A stretch of 64,000 nt of DNA from Squalus acanthias (lineage: Eukaryota), in assembly GCA_030390025.1 (NCBI GenBank), contig CM059433.1, positions 28,336,001 through 28,400,000 on the forward strand. Direction: 5' to 3'. The position numbers were made by a program, and so were the translations under genes. The notes under the pieces were generated by a model, which saw only the letters and a program-made list of their open reading frames with translations, did not search any database and was not told where the DNA came from. How positions within the stretch are numbered: position 1 is the first letter of the stretch; each line of letters starts with the position of its first letter. Of the stretch, positions 24,756 to 38,265 are shown piece after piece.

Positions 24756-25818
24756 TTAATGTGACAGATGAGGCTGTTTGCTCGAGCATAGGCGCATCAT
24801 GTTTGGAGTGATGGGCAATGTTTCCCGTAGTTTTTTTTTTGGGTGCACGGCCCATTCAATGCGTGGAAACTTAACATTGAAAAAGTCGGTCCCGGTCTGC
24901 GCCCTTGACAGCCCTGTCTGACAATGCGGGGAGCTCTGTTCACATTTGAACCCAAAACTCTGCCAACTGCTTTTGTTGGGACGCGATCTCGAGTCCGCCG
25001 ACAGTCGATACGTCCAGGAGGTTCTCTGGTGCTTTTGTTGACAATTTTGCGGCATAGGTACTTCAGAAAAGTGGTTTGTATTTCCCATTGAGGGGAAAGT
25101 ACTCAGTGAGATGTTGCTTGATGTCCTGCAACTGTAGTTAATTCGTTGTCAGGAATTCATGCATGTTTGGGAAAATTTCAGTGTTTCCCTCCACAAAGCG
25201 AGCCCAGAATTCTGTCTTTTTATCATTGATTCAATTTTATCCTGGACATTGAAGATGGTTGCACTCAGCCCTTGAAGTCCTAGATTTAGCTCATTTAGGC
25301 AAGAGAATATATCTGACAATTAGCCCAGCGTGAGAGCCAGGCCGTGTCATGCAGACAGAGTGGGAATGGGTGGTCTGTAAAGAATAACTTGACCTATGAG
25401 TTCCAAAGCCTTGCCACCTGACAGCCTTCGAGCCTCCGTGTGGAGCAATCCTGCTCGCTTCATATCTCATTACATAGAGCGGAAAATATTCTGGAATTCA
25501 AGGTTTGAGCTTTTATAAAGATTACCATCTTCACAGCATTGTCCAACACCACCTTCAAGATGGTAGACATGCTTTTGGCAGCGAGTGCTTCCCTATGTAT
25601 ACTGCAATGCACCCACATCACGGTGGGGAGCGACTGCTCTGATCTGCGTCACTACACCATGCCTACCACTCATTGACTTTGCTCCATCAGTGCAGCTGCC
25701 AATACCTTGTGACCAGATGATGATATGTTGATTTATGAAGCTGTCAAGCAACTGGAAAATCTCCTCAGCTGTTGTTCTGCTCGGCAGCGGCTGGCAAAAC
25801 AAAATGTCCTCCTGTAAT
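24756..25818 (-). mobile_element. Decayed hAT (Charlie/Buster, ZBED5/FAM200-like) transposase
   Basis: LQEDILFCQPLPSRTTAEEIF..CTDGAKSMSG..HCSIHREALAAK..LNSRIFSALC; C-terminal LAEFWV..LPALSDRA and ..RLCSSKQPHLSH* at 24756; frameshifted. Confidence 0.88.
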
Positions 25819-25939
25819 AGAAGGATATGCTGACAGGGTTAGGTGAAAAGGGGTGGGAGGAGGCTTGTGTGGAGCATAAACACCGGCATAAACCAGTTGT
25901 GCCGAATGGCCTGTTTCCGTGCTGTAAACTCTATGTAAT
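25819..25939 (+). mobile_element. CR1 3' tail inserted at the edge of the hAT remnant
   Basis: Tail gagcataaacaccggc...aatggcctgtttccgtgctgtaaactctatgtaat; tgtaat on both flanks. Confidence 0.75.
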
Positions 25940-28900
25940 CACTATTATTCCTGTTAGTTGGAAAAAAGACATAGCCAGCAGATGTTTGTTTGGGTGTCGT
26001 ATTTCCCCTTTGGGCACTAATTAAAATTCGCCTTCTCCTGGTGAGAATAATTTTGTTCAGAGAATAGATGAACACTTGTGCAGACAGAAATCCAAAATGT
26101 ACATTGAGCTTGAGCAGTTCCTCATGAAAGTTATTATGAGATTTTATTTAAATCTGGTTTTGGTACTTAATGGGTGATTGGGTTCTTTCTGACTATCGAA
26201 GTCTGGTTTCAAAAGTGACTGATTTATGATTGTTTTCCTTGCTGAACAGTAAGGTAGAATTCAGAATTATTTTTCACGAGGCTACAAAACGCTCTTTTGC
26301 TTCCCTCCCAAAAAGATTGTTGCTGACGTGATGAAAATTAAAAACTACAGTAATTACTGTCCCCAAGGGCTTATATTAATGGGGGAAATGATGGATTTCC
26401 CCATGTCTAAAACAAAGCTCTGAAGTAAAATCATTTGCCCCAAGTTATACTTGTGAGCATCATGCAGTTAAATAAACCAGTGGCACTGGAGTGGGGGGTG
26501 GCGCGGAGGGGTGGGGGTGGCGGGGGGGAGAGAACGGAAATTATGTCTGAGGTGCAAAACACTCGTTAGGATTTGTGAATTCTGTTATCCAGACAAAAGG
26601 TACTTACAGATGAGAGGAGTCACCTTCCTCGCATCCGTATTGGTTCACCAGTGTCTGGACGGACTTGTGTTTGATTGAAAAGTGTAGTTGTCGCGAATCA
26701 ATCTACACTTCTGAAAATACAGGAACTTTCAGTCTTGTGTGATTTTTCTGTTTTTGCCATGCAATTATATTTCCATTGACACATTGCTGCAGTGATACAG
26801 ACCAGAATCCATCCATATCACTGCTTATTGCTGGGAAACCATCGGCGGGTACCCGTTGCTAGGAGACGGCAGAATACTGAGACAGCAGTTATTTCTTCGA
26901 TGTGTAAATTTATTTTTATGACGGGGTCTGGTTTTGTCGGGAGGAGAAAAAATTCTTTTGTTACCACGAAGAAAGATGTGTTGTCTGTGCACTGTATAAT
27001 TTAACATTTTGCACAGTGGAGCTAAGGGACTACTTGGACTGTGGCAGAATGATTAAGTGCAGATGGAGTAATTTTACTCAGACTTCCTGCTTGTACAGTA
27101 TCATTTTATTTTCGAAGGAGATGTCGGCTGCTGCAAATCTCTTGTGAATGGGTTTTAAACAACGGGCACTGTCCTAAATTAGTCAAAACGAAATTGTTTT
27201 CTAACGAGCGCATTAAGCTTTCTCTGCTGAATTCTGTGTTCACTTGATTAAATGCAAATACCCCAGACCTAACTTTCAAAGTGCAGCAACTAGAGATGGT
27301 TTAATTTTTTCCAGCACTCTGGGCTGCAGTGGTTTCATACTTCAATTCGCCACCTTGAAACTGCGATGGCATTAATTTTCTAACCAGTAGTTTAGAACTT
27401 CCCCACTGAGGCTTTGGATAGAGACAAATTGTGGCTCGTCTGCGCTTTGATTAACTTCTAGCACAGTGCAGCCAGTACATTAAAAGCAAGGGGTAGGTGT
27501 GAGAATCGTCCATCTTGTTTTAAGTGGTGAGGCGATGTTCTATACATGTCCTTTATTGACGGTACTGTATTACTGAGTTGATGCTCCAATACTCGTGAAT
27601 TGAAGTGTCATGATGACGTGCTTACATTCGCATTGATTACCTTGTTTACTCTGTTCTCTTCACAATCATTCACTGAGGTATTCAGTGTCTTTGCAATGGA
27701 TTGGCTCGTCGTTATGCTGAAACGATTCTTCACAACACGAAGCAAGTATTCTAGCAATCTTTCTGAACCAGAGAAATGACCAGTTTTATTTTCCCATCCA
27801 AATAACATCAAGGTTTTCTTGTGATTGATAGTTGCAGAGGATGAGGAGTGTGGCTCTGATTTGTTGGCTAATAGTTGTTTTAATTTACCTATATATGCAT
27901 GGGAAGTGTCACGCAGTGCTTCTTGTTTCCAAATACTGTTTGTGCCATCAACATTTTTATTTTACATGGAGTTGCTCAGTCTAAACTGCAGAATCAAGAT
28001 GTACAACTCCATATGCTTCAGTAGGCCAGTAGCATTTCCACCACCCACTCTCTCCCCCACCCTGCCTCAGAAAGGAGGTGCAGATTCATAATCTGAAGCG
28101 CAAACTCTTCCTCTTTGCGTCTGCGTTGAGTAGTTTTTCAGAGAAAATTGGATGGTTTTCAACCAAATGATGTTTTCAACCAAGAGAATGAGTTAAGATG
28201 TGGGATTCTGCATGACCACTGAACACTACTGCCTGGTGGCCAGAAAAGCAAAGTTGATGTCTTTCTTACTGCTTTCTGAATTTCATGTTATGCATAATTA
28301 ATATAAGGCTAACATTGAGATTGATAGATTTTAGTCGCACAAGGGTATTGAGGGTTACAGAACCAAGGTAAGATACAGATCAGCCATGATCTAATTGAAT
28401 GGCGGAACTGGCTCGAGGGGCTGAATGGTCTTCTCCTATTTCTATGTAAAGTCTCCCCCCACCCTTTTAAAAAAAAACCCTCCTAATGCGGTTAGGTATC
28501 CGAGTTTTTAATCCGATTTCCACATACACAATCAAAGAATTAAGTAGACATTGCAACACGGAAAGAGGCCATTGGGTGTTCATCGCCCATACAAGCCGTA
28601 ATCCTAATTTAAGTGAATATAGTGGTCATTTAATTTAGTTTCAGGACTAAATTTGGAAATATTGCCTCTTAAACTTCAAATGAGAGGCAAACTGAAAGTC
28701 ATTCCCAAAGGATGTTGTCCTAGAAGGTTGAACTGTCCAAATGAGTCAATCCAAATGCTGCTGCTCTCCTCTGTACTTCAGTAGGTCTTTGACTTCGACC
28801 CATCCCTTGTCCATTCGCATGAGCATTTTGCCTGCCCCTCGGGGACCAAGCCCATTATTTCTATCTCCTTATTTTTCCCTTGTCTCCTCCCCTCCTGTCA

Positions 28901-29089
28901 CCCAGTCATGTCACCGTTCATTTCTGCCCCTCCCAATACCGAATCCAACCTCAACCTCACTCAATCCACCATTCCAGGCTTGAAGTCGCCTTTTAAATTC
29001 AACTGCATCCCTTCACTAATTTTATTTTGTAAATGTACTTTTTAAACCTCTCGACTTGGTATTCTCTGTAGGGCCCATTGAGGCACCTG

Positions 29090-29530
29090 TCACTGCCTCT
29101 TTACGAGGTGCAACCCAAACTTCCCTATCTTCCTCTGCCTCGCCAACCTTCTCGCCTGGCGTGCTGCTCTTGGGGACTAACCATGCCGACTTTCTTTTCA
29201 TCCAGCACAGCCGCCTTGTATTCTGCCAGTGGACCAACAATCGCTGCCCCACTCCGCATCTCCTTCCAGAATGTCCATTTAATTGTGAAAAGAGCCCTTG
29301 CCATCCGCAAACTTATTACAGATGATTGCAGTGACATCACGGCTTTGACTGCAAGTTGGCTCACGGGTGACGACCCCTTGCTGAATCCTCCATCCCTGCC
29401 CCGCTGTACATTCCGCCACTTACTCCTCCAAACTGCCCTTGTCACCACATCACACCTTAGGTTCTCCCCCCTACTCCTCTGGTACCTCCTTTTCTTTTGA
29501 GCAACTCGCCTTGTTCCAACCTTCTCGCCT
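29090..29530 (+). mobile_element. L2 LINE endonuclease-region remnant
   Basis: LRISFQNV..KRALAIRKLITDDCSDITALTASWL resembles an APE N-terminus (xTExWL motif). Confidence 0.6.
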
Positions 29531-31157
29531 TTAATAGTATATAGTAATTATATAGTGTTAGTTCTTTAAAATCCTTGTGGTGTCCTGCTCCCCCAGGCCC
29601 CACCCCAAAAAACAGCAATTCAGCGAATTCCCAGACGACAGGAGCACTGCCACGGGAGATGTGCTACTATTCTAAGTTTGGGGCCTACTGCGTGCATCTT
29701 GTTACGGCACTGAATTCCTGTGTCACGTTATTGTCACGATTGCCACAGTGCCTGGCTAGTGGCCTGGATGATGCTATGTAAACTTGTGATTATATTACAG
29801 TTCTCTCAATCCCTTCTCTGTGTAAGTTCCCTGTCTGTTTGGCAATATGATTTTTGTTTTGTATTTCTGGCAGTTAGGTTCAGTTATGTAAATTTTGGAT
29901 CAAATATTTTCTGGAACGAAAGAAACATCATGTAAATTTTGTGTGATCACCTTACAACTGTGCCAGTGAACGCATATTATAACAAAATAAGCTGCCAATG
30001 ATGAATGGAGTGGGGGAATTTTGACTTTCTCCCTTGTGATGCCAGTATGAAAGCAGAATGTACAAAACCTAGAAGCTGCTGCTGCCAATTGTTGGCTTTT
30101 TTTTTTACCTTTTCCGACCTTGTTTCACAATTGCCCAGTTAATAAACCAGACACTGAGAGATTTTTCTTGTCCCAAGAACATCAGTCCTGGGCAGAACAT
30201 GTTTAAGCAAGTGCATCAGACACCGGCACAGTTATATACCACACTCACACTGGCTGAAAAAAACCATACAAACTCCGTTACATACATATATATATATATA
30301 ATCTATATGGACCATATGCAGAGTGAGATTTGTGGCATTCTTTGGAAAATGTAAAAGATTAATTAAACAATTTTTAAATGTCATGGTTAGCAGACCAATT
30401 AATTTTCTTCAACATTCCTACTTAATGAACACAAGCTGGAGCTATGTAACTTCAGCTTAACATTCAGGAGAGCTGGCCGAAGAAGTCATGTGACATAGCT
30501 TTTTGAACCCTCGCTTCAAATTATAAAAGTAACTTTGAAGACTATTTAAAATGGTACCAGTTAATAGCGCTGTTTTTGTTCTGAATACGATGCTTACCAG
30601 CAATATCTGCACTGTGTGCAGTGTCACTGCTGTGTAAGATGCCCCTTTGGAAGTAAGATTAGGTGGTTAAAATTTTGCACCACCGCTAACCTAATTCCCA
30701 TGACATATCTTAATCTGCCAAGCTCGTTTGGTTAGCTGCAGAGTGGATTTTCTTTGCCAGAAGTAAATTCGCACTTGTATCCGCTTGTTTAATTATACAA
30801 CCTAAATATCACTAGAAGGCTGATTTGTCATAGTAGATTATGGGAAAAAAAAAATCAAACTAAGCCAATATGTTTCAAAATTGAATTTGTATGTATTTTT
30901 GGTGGGATTACTTTTAAATGTTGCATCTTCCATACACGGCTGGAGTGGCTCATGTTTCGTAGAATCATACAGCACAGAAGGAGGCCATTTGGCCCATCGG
31001 CCTGTGCCGGCTCTTTGAAAGAGCTGTCCAATTCGTCCCACTCCCTCTACTCTTTCCCAATAGCATATTATATAATTTATCTTATAAAATATTATTTTCC
31101 TGGAATTAATATTGGATAAGGTATTGTGACAAATAACAAACCATACCTTTACTTTTA

Positions 31158-33020
31158 CAAAAGCAAAGCAAAATACTGTGGATGCTGGAAATCTGAAATA
31201 GAAACAGAAAATGTTGGAAACACTCAGCAGGTCAGGCAGCATCTGTAGAGAGCGAATCCGAGTTCACGTTTCAGGTTAATGACCTTTCGTCAAAACTGGA
31301 AAAAGTTCGAGATGTGTAACCGGTTTGAAGCAGGTGCAGGGAATGTAACAAGCAGGGTGGACAAAGGTGAACCAGTGGATGTGGTGTATTTGGATTTCCA
31401 GAAGGCATTCGATAAGGTGCCACATAAAAGGTTACTGCATAAAATAAGAGCTCACGGAATTGGGCTAATATATTAGCATGGATAGAGAATTGGCTAACTG
31501 ACAGAAAGCAGAGAGTCGGGATAAATGGGTAATTTTCCGGTTGTCAAACGGTAACTAGTGGGGTGCCACAGGGATCGGTGCTGGGGCCTCAACTATTTAC
31601 AATCTACATTAATGACTTGGATGAAGGGACCGAGTGTAATGTAGCCAAGTTTGCGGATGATACAAAGATGGGTGGGAAAGCAAGTTGTGCAGAGGACTCA
31701 AAGAATCTGCAAAGGGATATAGACAGGCTGTGAGTGGGCAAACATTTGGCAGATGGTGTATAATGTGGGAAAGTGCGAGGTTATCCACTTTGGCAGGAAA
31801 AATAAAAAAGCAAACTATTATTTAAATGGAGAGAGATTACAAAATGCTGCAGTTCAGAGGGACCTGGGGGTCCTTGTGCATGAAACACAAAAAGTTAGCA
31901 TGCAGGTACAGCAAGTAATCAAAAAGGCAAATGGAACGTTGTCCTTTTATTTCAAGGGGGTTGGAGTATAAAAGCAGGGAAGTCCTGCCACAACTGTACA
32001 GGGTATTGGTGAGACCACACCTTGAGTATTGTGTACAGTTTTGGTCTCCTTATTTATGGAAGGATATACTTGCATTGGAGGCAGTTCAGAGACGATTCAC
32101 TAGGTTAATTCCAGAGATGAGGGGGTTGACTTATGAGGAAAGGTTGAGTAGGCTGGGCCTATACTCATTGGAATTTAGAAGAATGAGAGGTGATCTTATT
32201 CAAACATATAAGATACTGAGGGGGCTCGACAAGGTAGATGCAAGGAGGATTTTTCCCCTCGTGGGGAAATCTAGAACTCGGGGGCACAGTTTCAGAATAA
32301 AGGGTTGCCCTTTTAGAACTGCGATGAGGAGGAATTTATTCTTTCAGAGGGTCGTAAATCTGTGCAATTCTCTGACCCAGGGAGCCGTGGAGGCTGGGTC
32401 ATTAAATACATTGAAGATGGAGATAGACCGATTTTTGCAAGATAAGGGAGTGAAGGGTTATGGGGAGCGGGCAGGGAAGTGGCTTTGAGCCCAAGATCAG
32501 CCATGATCTTATTGAATGGCGGAGCAGGCTCGAGGGGCCAAGTGGCCTATTCCTGCTCCTATTTCTTATGTTATGTTTAAAGGGAGATGGGGAGGAAAGA
32601 ACAAAAGGGAAGATCCGTGATCGGGTGGAAGGCAGGAATGCTTAAATGGCAAAAGGTATGATAGTACAAAGCAAAAGGAGATGGTAACGGGACAAGAAAA
32701 TAAATAAAAGATGGGTCTAGAAGAGGTGTAAATGGGAATGGCAGAAATATCAACAGCTGCCATGTGAAAAAATAGGGGCAGAGGTTATGGTCTGAAATTG
32801 TTGAACTCGATGTTGAGTCCAGAAGGCTGTGAAGTGCCTAATCGATACATGATGTGCTGTTCCTCGAGCTTATGTTGAGCTTCGTTGGAACAGTGTAAGA
32901 GGCCGAGGATGGAGAGGTCAGAGTGGGAGTGGAGCGGAGAAGTAAAGCGACAGGCGACCAGAAGCTCGGAGTCACGCTTATGGACTGAACGGAGGTGTTC
33001 TGCAAAGCGGTCATTCAATC
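31158..33020 (-). mobile_element. Penelope family-2 remnant split by a CR1 insertion (pieces about 31158-31341 and 32580-33020)
   Basis: GIY-YIG C-terminus RLNDRFAEHLRSV..KLEEQHIMYRLGTSQPSGLNIEFNNFR. The pLTR continues across the insertion when compared with the 57610-58058 copy. Hammerhead at about 31262-31296 has a mutated core (UUGACGA). Confidence 0.85.
31341..32578 (+). mobile_element. CR1 LINE RT region and 3' tail
   Basis: [42 protein letters not shown]; tail ...cctatttcttatgttatg. Confidence 0.92.
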
Positions 33021-33724
33021 TGCCAAATTTTAAATCGCAGGCTACTCTCTTTGTTAAAAACAGCATGGAAAAGCGAAGACTGGCATAAAAAAGGGAATTC
33101 TTTACTTTAATCAGGAATCCGTTAAAGGAAGACTGCTTTGAAAGTTGGGGGCAACAGGTTTCAAATGTCAGTGGATGAAACTTTGGCAAACAGATATGCA
33201 AGCTCTAATTTTTATTTGTGAAAATAGTTCAGGGAAGATGTAAAGGAAAAACAACACTTATACGCCACTATTCCATTGCTTGCTAAGGTGTGAAGACATA
33301 ACATTTGTTGGCCTGGTAGCAATGATTTTGTCGGAGGTTTCACAGGATCAGTATTTCATTTCTGTCTGCTAGACTTTAGTTCTGGCAAGGAGATTGCAGA
33401 CTCCATGGGTACTGAAAGCTCACACATTCTACTTAGAAACCATGCCTTAAATTATGCAGGTAAAGACTGTGGACTGTTTCACGGTTGTACATCAGCCATT
33501 TTGTAGCGTTTTTTAGGGGCAGCAGAATCACGTCCAAAGGCATCTGTTGTCCCGTGCCTGCATCACACAGTGCTTGCTGCCAGCATCCTTTGAGACCAGA
33601 TCCGAAAGCAGTGCTTCCCACCGATAGCAGTGATTTTTGCCACCCCTCCCCACCCCCCTCCAACCAGAAAGAGCATCACTTTAGTGATTCATAGGCAGAA
33701 GTGAAAGAATCCAATCGGTTGTCT

Positions 33725-34205
33725 TGGTCTAGGAGATTTACTAGAATGGTACCGGGGATGTGGGACTTCAGTTATGTGGAGAGACTAGTGAAGCTGAGAT
33801 TGTTCTCCTTGGAGCAGAGAAGGTTAAGGGGAGATTTGGTAGAGGTGTTCAAAGTCATGAGGGGTTTTGATAAAGTAAATAAGGTGAAACTGTTTCCAGT
33901 GGCAGAAGGGTCGGTAACCAGAGGAGGCCGATTTAAGCAAATTAGCAGAAGAACCAGAGGCGACATGAGGAAAAAATGTTTTCTATAGCGTGTTATGATG
34001 ATCTGGAATGCACTGCCTGAAAAGGTGGTGGAAACAAATTAGTAGTAACTTTCAAAAGGGAATTGGATAAATACTTGAAGGGGAAAACATTGCAGTGCTA
34101 CAGGAAAAGAGCAAGGGAGTGGGACAAATTGGATAGCTCTTTCAAAGAGCCGGCGCGGGCACAATGGGTCAAATGGCCTCCTATGCTGTATCATTCTATG
34201 ATTCT
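33725..34205 (+). mobile_element. CR1 3' fragment
   Basis: RRFTRMVPGMWDFSYVERL..RGDLVEVFK; tail ...tgctgtatcattctatgattcta. Confidence 0.85.
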
Positions 34206-35350
34206 AGGAGGTCAAAACCTATCCCGTTATTTATTCCAATTTCAGAAACCAAAGTCTCTTATTTCAGCTGCAGGAGTAGAAAGCTGCCTGGTAATGAAAA
34301 ATACATTACATGGTGGTTTTGTGCCTTCATATCTGAAATGATTGTACCATGGAGCAGATGGGTTTCTCGAAAGCAAGGAGTGTAAAGGAACCTGGTGTTA
34401 GCTTTCTGAAAGAGTTTGTGAACCCATCACCACTCCATTTAAGAAGAAAATAAGTTATTGCCAACTGTAGCTACCTCCTGAATGCTTTTGATTGGTTTTG
34501 CTTGGGTGTTGATATATTCTTCTTTGCTTTTAATTATTTCATTGACCAATTCTCTAGTACCGCACACCTTTTGCAATGCTGATGATAAAGTGTTTATCAT
34601 TTACAGATTTCAAATTCTGGCTGCTTGTGATGTACAGCGTTTCCGTGCCCATGACAAATGCATACTTTTCTACTGCAGCCTGTGATTATTTTTCTTCAAC
34701 TCTTCGGAAAATATTATTAAACTCCCATTTAGTTTTGACGGGTTTAAGCACTGACCGATTGAACACATTTAACATTTTCCAAGTATGTGCGTTTCAAGGT
34801 TTAAATATTTATGCACAAGCGGTGAATTATTGGTTTGTTGCCCTTGTACGGTTGTTCTAAAAAGAAAAGGCATGAGAAATATTAAGATGTTTTCTTCCTA
34901 ATGGAGCTGTTGTACTGCTGGTACTGGGAGCTCTTTGGGACATAACGGAGCCAACATACTGTTGGTGCAGGCAACCCTATCTGGTCAAGTGAATCCCAGC
35001 TCCTCCCGCCAGTATACATAATACTGCATCAATTGGTACTTCCACTGGAGAGCAGATAAAGACATAAGACGTAGGAGCAGGAGTAGATCATTTGGCCCCT
35101 CGAGCCTGCTCCGCCATTCAATAAGATCATGGCTGATCTGATCTTGGCCTCAACTCCACTTCCCTGCCCGCTCCCCATAACCCTTGACTCCCTTACTTTT
35201 CAAAAATCTGTCGATCTCCACCTTAAATATATTCAATGAAAAATTGTCTCTTTGCTGACATTAAATGGTTTTTAAAAATTCTTAAGACAAATTCCTAATG
35301 GTCTGGGAATTTTTTTCAAGTTACCTTTGCAACGGTTGCAGTTATGGTGC

Positions 35351-35850
35351 AACAACAACCTTGCCTTTGCATTTATATAGCGCCTTTAACGTAGTAAAAC
35401 GTCCCAAGGCGCTTCACAGGAGCGTTACAGGACAGAATTTGACACCGAGCCACATGAGATATTAGGGCAGGTCAAAGAGGTAGGTTTTAAGGAGCGTCTG
35501 AAAGGAGGTAGAGAGGCGGAGAGGTTTAGGGAGGGAATTCCAGAGCTCAAGGGCCTAGGTAACAGAAGGCACGGCCACCAATGGTTGAGCAATGAAAACT
35601 TGGGGTGCGCAAGAGGCCAGAATTGGAGGAATGCAGAGATTTCAGGGTTGTAGGGTTGGAGGAGGTTACAGAGCTGGGGAGGGGCAAGGCCATGGTGGAA
35701 TTTGAAAATAAGGATGAGAATTTTAAAATCGAAACGTTGCCAGATCATGAGCCCAATGTAGGTCAGTGTTGGTGATGGGTGAACGGGACTTGGTGCGAGT
35801 TAGGATACAGGCAGCAAAGTTTTGGATGAGTTCAAGCATACGGAGGGCAA
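35351..35850 (-). mobile_element. L2 LINE 3' fragment
   Basis: Starts with the reverse-complemented tail aacaacaac..gcatttatatagcgcctttaacgtagtaaaacgtcccaagg. Confidence 0.85.
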
Positions 35851-36767
35851 ACGTTGGTGGTTTAGTTAAGAATAATCACGACTCACTGGAAGTTTTTTTT
35901 CTCTATAAGCCACCCAAGCCCTTTATCCGTTATGAGCATTATATCCATGCTAAGTGAAATTGGTGCTATAAATGTTTGTTCTGTATTTATAAAATTATGG
36001 ACAGGAATTTCCTGAGTTTGTAGTGAGATGGATAAGATGGGCCTCATTTAGACTGCAGTGAGCATGAAGCTCTGTTGTCGAGTGGGATGTACATAAAAAT
36101 GAGAGTCTTGTAAATGGGGTGAATATTTATTGAAAAATGGAAGTCGAGGGCATTGAGTAGAATAAAAACTCAGTAGATACAATCATTAATCCAGGGCGTT
36201 TCATGTTATTTCATCAGTGTACCTTAATTTCTCGCTTTAAGGGATGGCTCATAAACTTCTGCAAGTTATCTGGTTGTTAGCAGCACACACGTTTTGAACA
36301 AAAAGCTCAAATATTTGGACTAGTTTTACATTTTTTTGTTAGTTACCTGCCCGGCATGTTCAACCAGACCATGAAGAGCATGATCAGTAGAAGAACACCG
36401 TTGAGATCCAAAATAGTAGCAGCGTAAATTTGACAGACTAGGTTTTGTGTTTGCAACATTCAGTTGAAGGATTGAGCAGTTCTGAAATCAAACCATTGAT
36501 CATTTAGCTTCTGTCGCACATGTTAATTTCTATTGCATCTTGTTAGAATATTTAATAAACATGATATAAATCTTTAAAAAAAGTCAAGGTATCCCATCTC
36601 GCTTTGCTCCAGCATTTTAGCAAGACAGTGAATGTGGGTTGGGGGCGGGGTGGGGGGAGGCTGCTGGCAGAAAGGTTTTCATCTGTGTGAACAAAGCGAG
36701 CTGAGCCATGAGAATTGGGCACCGAGATAAGCGGTACAGTTGCTAGACACCAACATACCACAGTAAC

Positions 36768-37278
36768 TGATAGCATTGAAAGACTGCTAAGGCTGTCAGA
36801 ACTATGGAGACCCACAAGGCCATAAGGAGGCCTGTACAGAGATAAAGATTGGCCTCCTGAGAGGAACAAACTGTTGCACAACCGAGATAAAGGATGAAGT
36901 AACGCAGTACAAGGCAGCTCTGAAGTCGGTTAACAGAGTCAGCATGGGGGCAGGATTAATGACTACGGGATAAGGACAAAGATGCGAATGTGCAGCCCAG
37001 GGTAGCCGAATAGTATAAAGGTAGAGCCTGTTCCCTCTAAAAGTTTGAGTTCTCAGGAGGGTCGGATGTCCACAGCCGAGCAGGCAACCTGAAGAGACGG
37101 GAGTGATCGACCCTGGGCCCAGGAACCAGGTTGTGTTACTTGTCATTTACTGTAATCTGAAGACTGTTGTATTATAACACTGTAGAGTCAATCTATATTA
37201 AAACTTGTTGAATAAACCACTCATGCCCAGATCGTGCGCAAGTTATTGTTGAAGGATTAACAACCCTTTGTTGCGACA
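36768..37278 (+). mobile_element. Solo LTR, 511 bp
   Basis: TG...CA termini with an exact 5-bp TSD GTAAC (36763-36767 and 37279-37283). TATAAA-like box at about 37014 and AATAAA at 37211, in U3-R-U5 order. Confidence 0.75.
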
Positions 37279-37331
37279 GTAACCACGCAAGAAATATGCT
37301 TTCACATCTCTATACATGTGACGACAATAAA

Positions 37332-37469
37332 GACCCTGCAATTCTGTGAGAGTTCTGCCAGTCTCCCAGCTTAACTCTGGCAGGAGACCGGCAGAACTCG
37401 CTGTGAAATGGGCTAAAAACGGCCTGTTGTTCCGTTTCCCTGGAGATTTCCCCATGAAATTACAAGGCC
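37332..37469. mobile_element. Small Harbinger-like MITE with internal hairpin
   Basis: Imperfect termini GACCCTGCAATT and, as reverse complement, GGCCTTGTAATT; internal 17-bp inverted repeat at 37350-37399. Confidence 0.5.
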
Positions 37470-37829
37470 GAAGTGTGTAACTACTTCAAAAAAATTTAAG
37501 TACGTCATTGTAATATCCAGGGAAACATAATTGCCAAAATCTGAGACTAACAAATGTGGTCTGTCATTTTTCTTTTTTAATAGATTCCCTGTGCAATCTA
37601 TAGTTTGCCTTTTCTAAAGATCCTTCACCGCTGTAATCGAGGGCTGTTGGGTTCTCAAAATTCTATTAATTTTGCATTTGATTCTTCATCCCAATGGGGA
37701 ATGTCAACTGAAGGACAAATCTGTTTACTGGTCAGACCTGGACTACTGTTTTGACCATCAGTAATTAAATAAAGACCAAGATAGTTTAAGTTACAATATA
37801 TACTCCAGACATGTAGCATTCTAACAATG

Positions 37830-38265
37830 GGGCTAAAAGGGATAAATTATGAGGACAGGTTGCATAGACGAGACTTGTATTCCTTCTAATATAGATTAAA
37901 GGGTGATCTAATTGAGGGGTTTAAGATGATTAAAGGAGTTGATGGTGTCGATAGAGAGAAGCATTTCCTTTGGTGGGGGAGTCCAGAACAAGGGGCCATA
38001 ACCTTAAAATTAGAGCTAAGCTGTTCAGGGGTGATTTCAGGAAACACTTATTCACACAAAGGGTAGTGGGAATCTGGAGCTCTCTTCCTCTAAAAGCTGT
38101 AGAGGCTGGGGGTCAATTGAAAATTACAAAACTGAGACTGATGGATTTTTGTTGGGTTAGGGAACCAAGGTGGGTAAATGGAGTAAAGGTACAGATCAGC
38201 CATGATCTAATTGAATGACGGAACAGGCTCGAGGGGCTGAATGGCCTACTCCTGTTCCCACATTC
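37830..38265 (+). mobile_element. CR1 3' fragment
   Basis: VGESRTRGHNLKIR; canonical tail. Confidence 0.82.

Noticed and set aside
29575..29781. CYYSKFG peptide resembling a Gypsy gag knuckle
   Set aside because: The His/Cys spacing is missing and there is no flanking gag or pol similarity.
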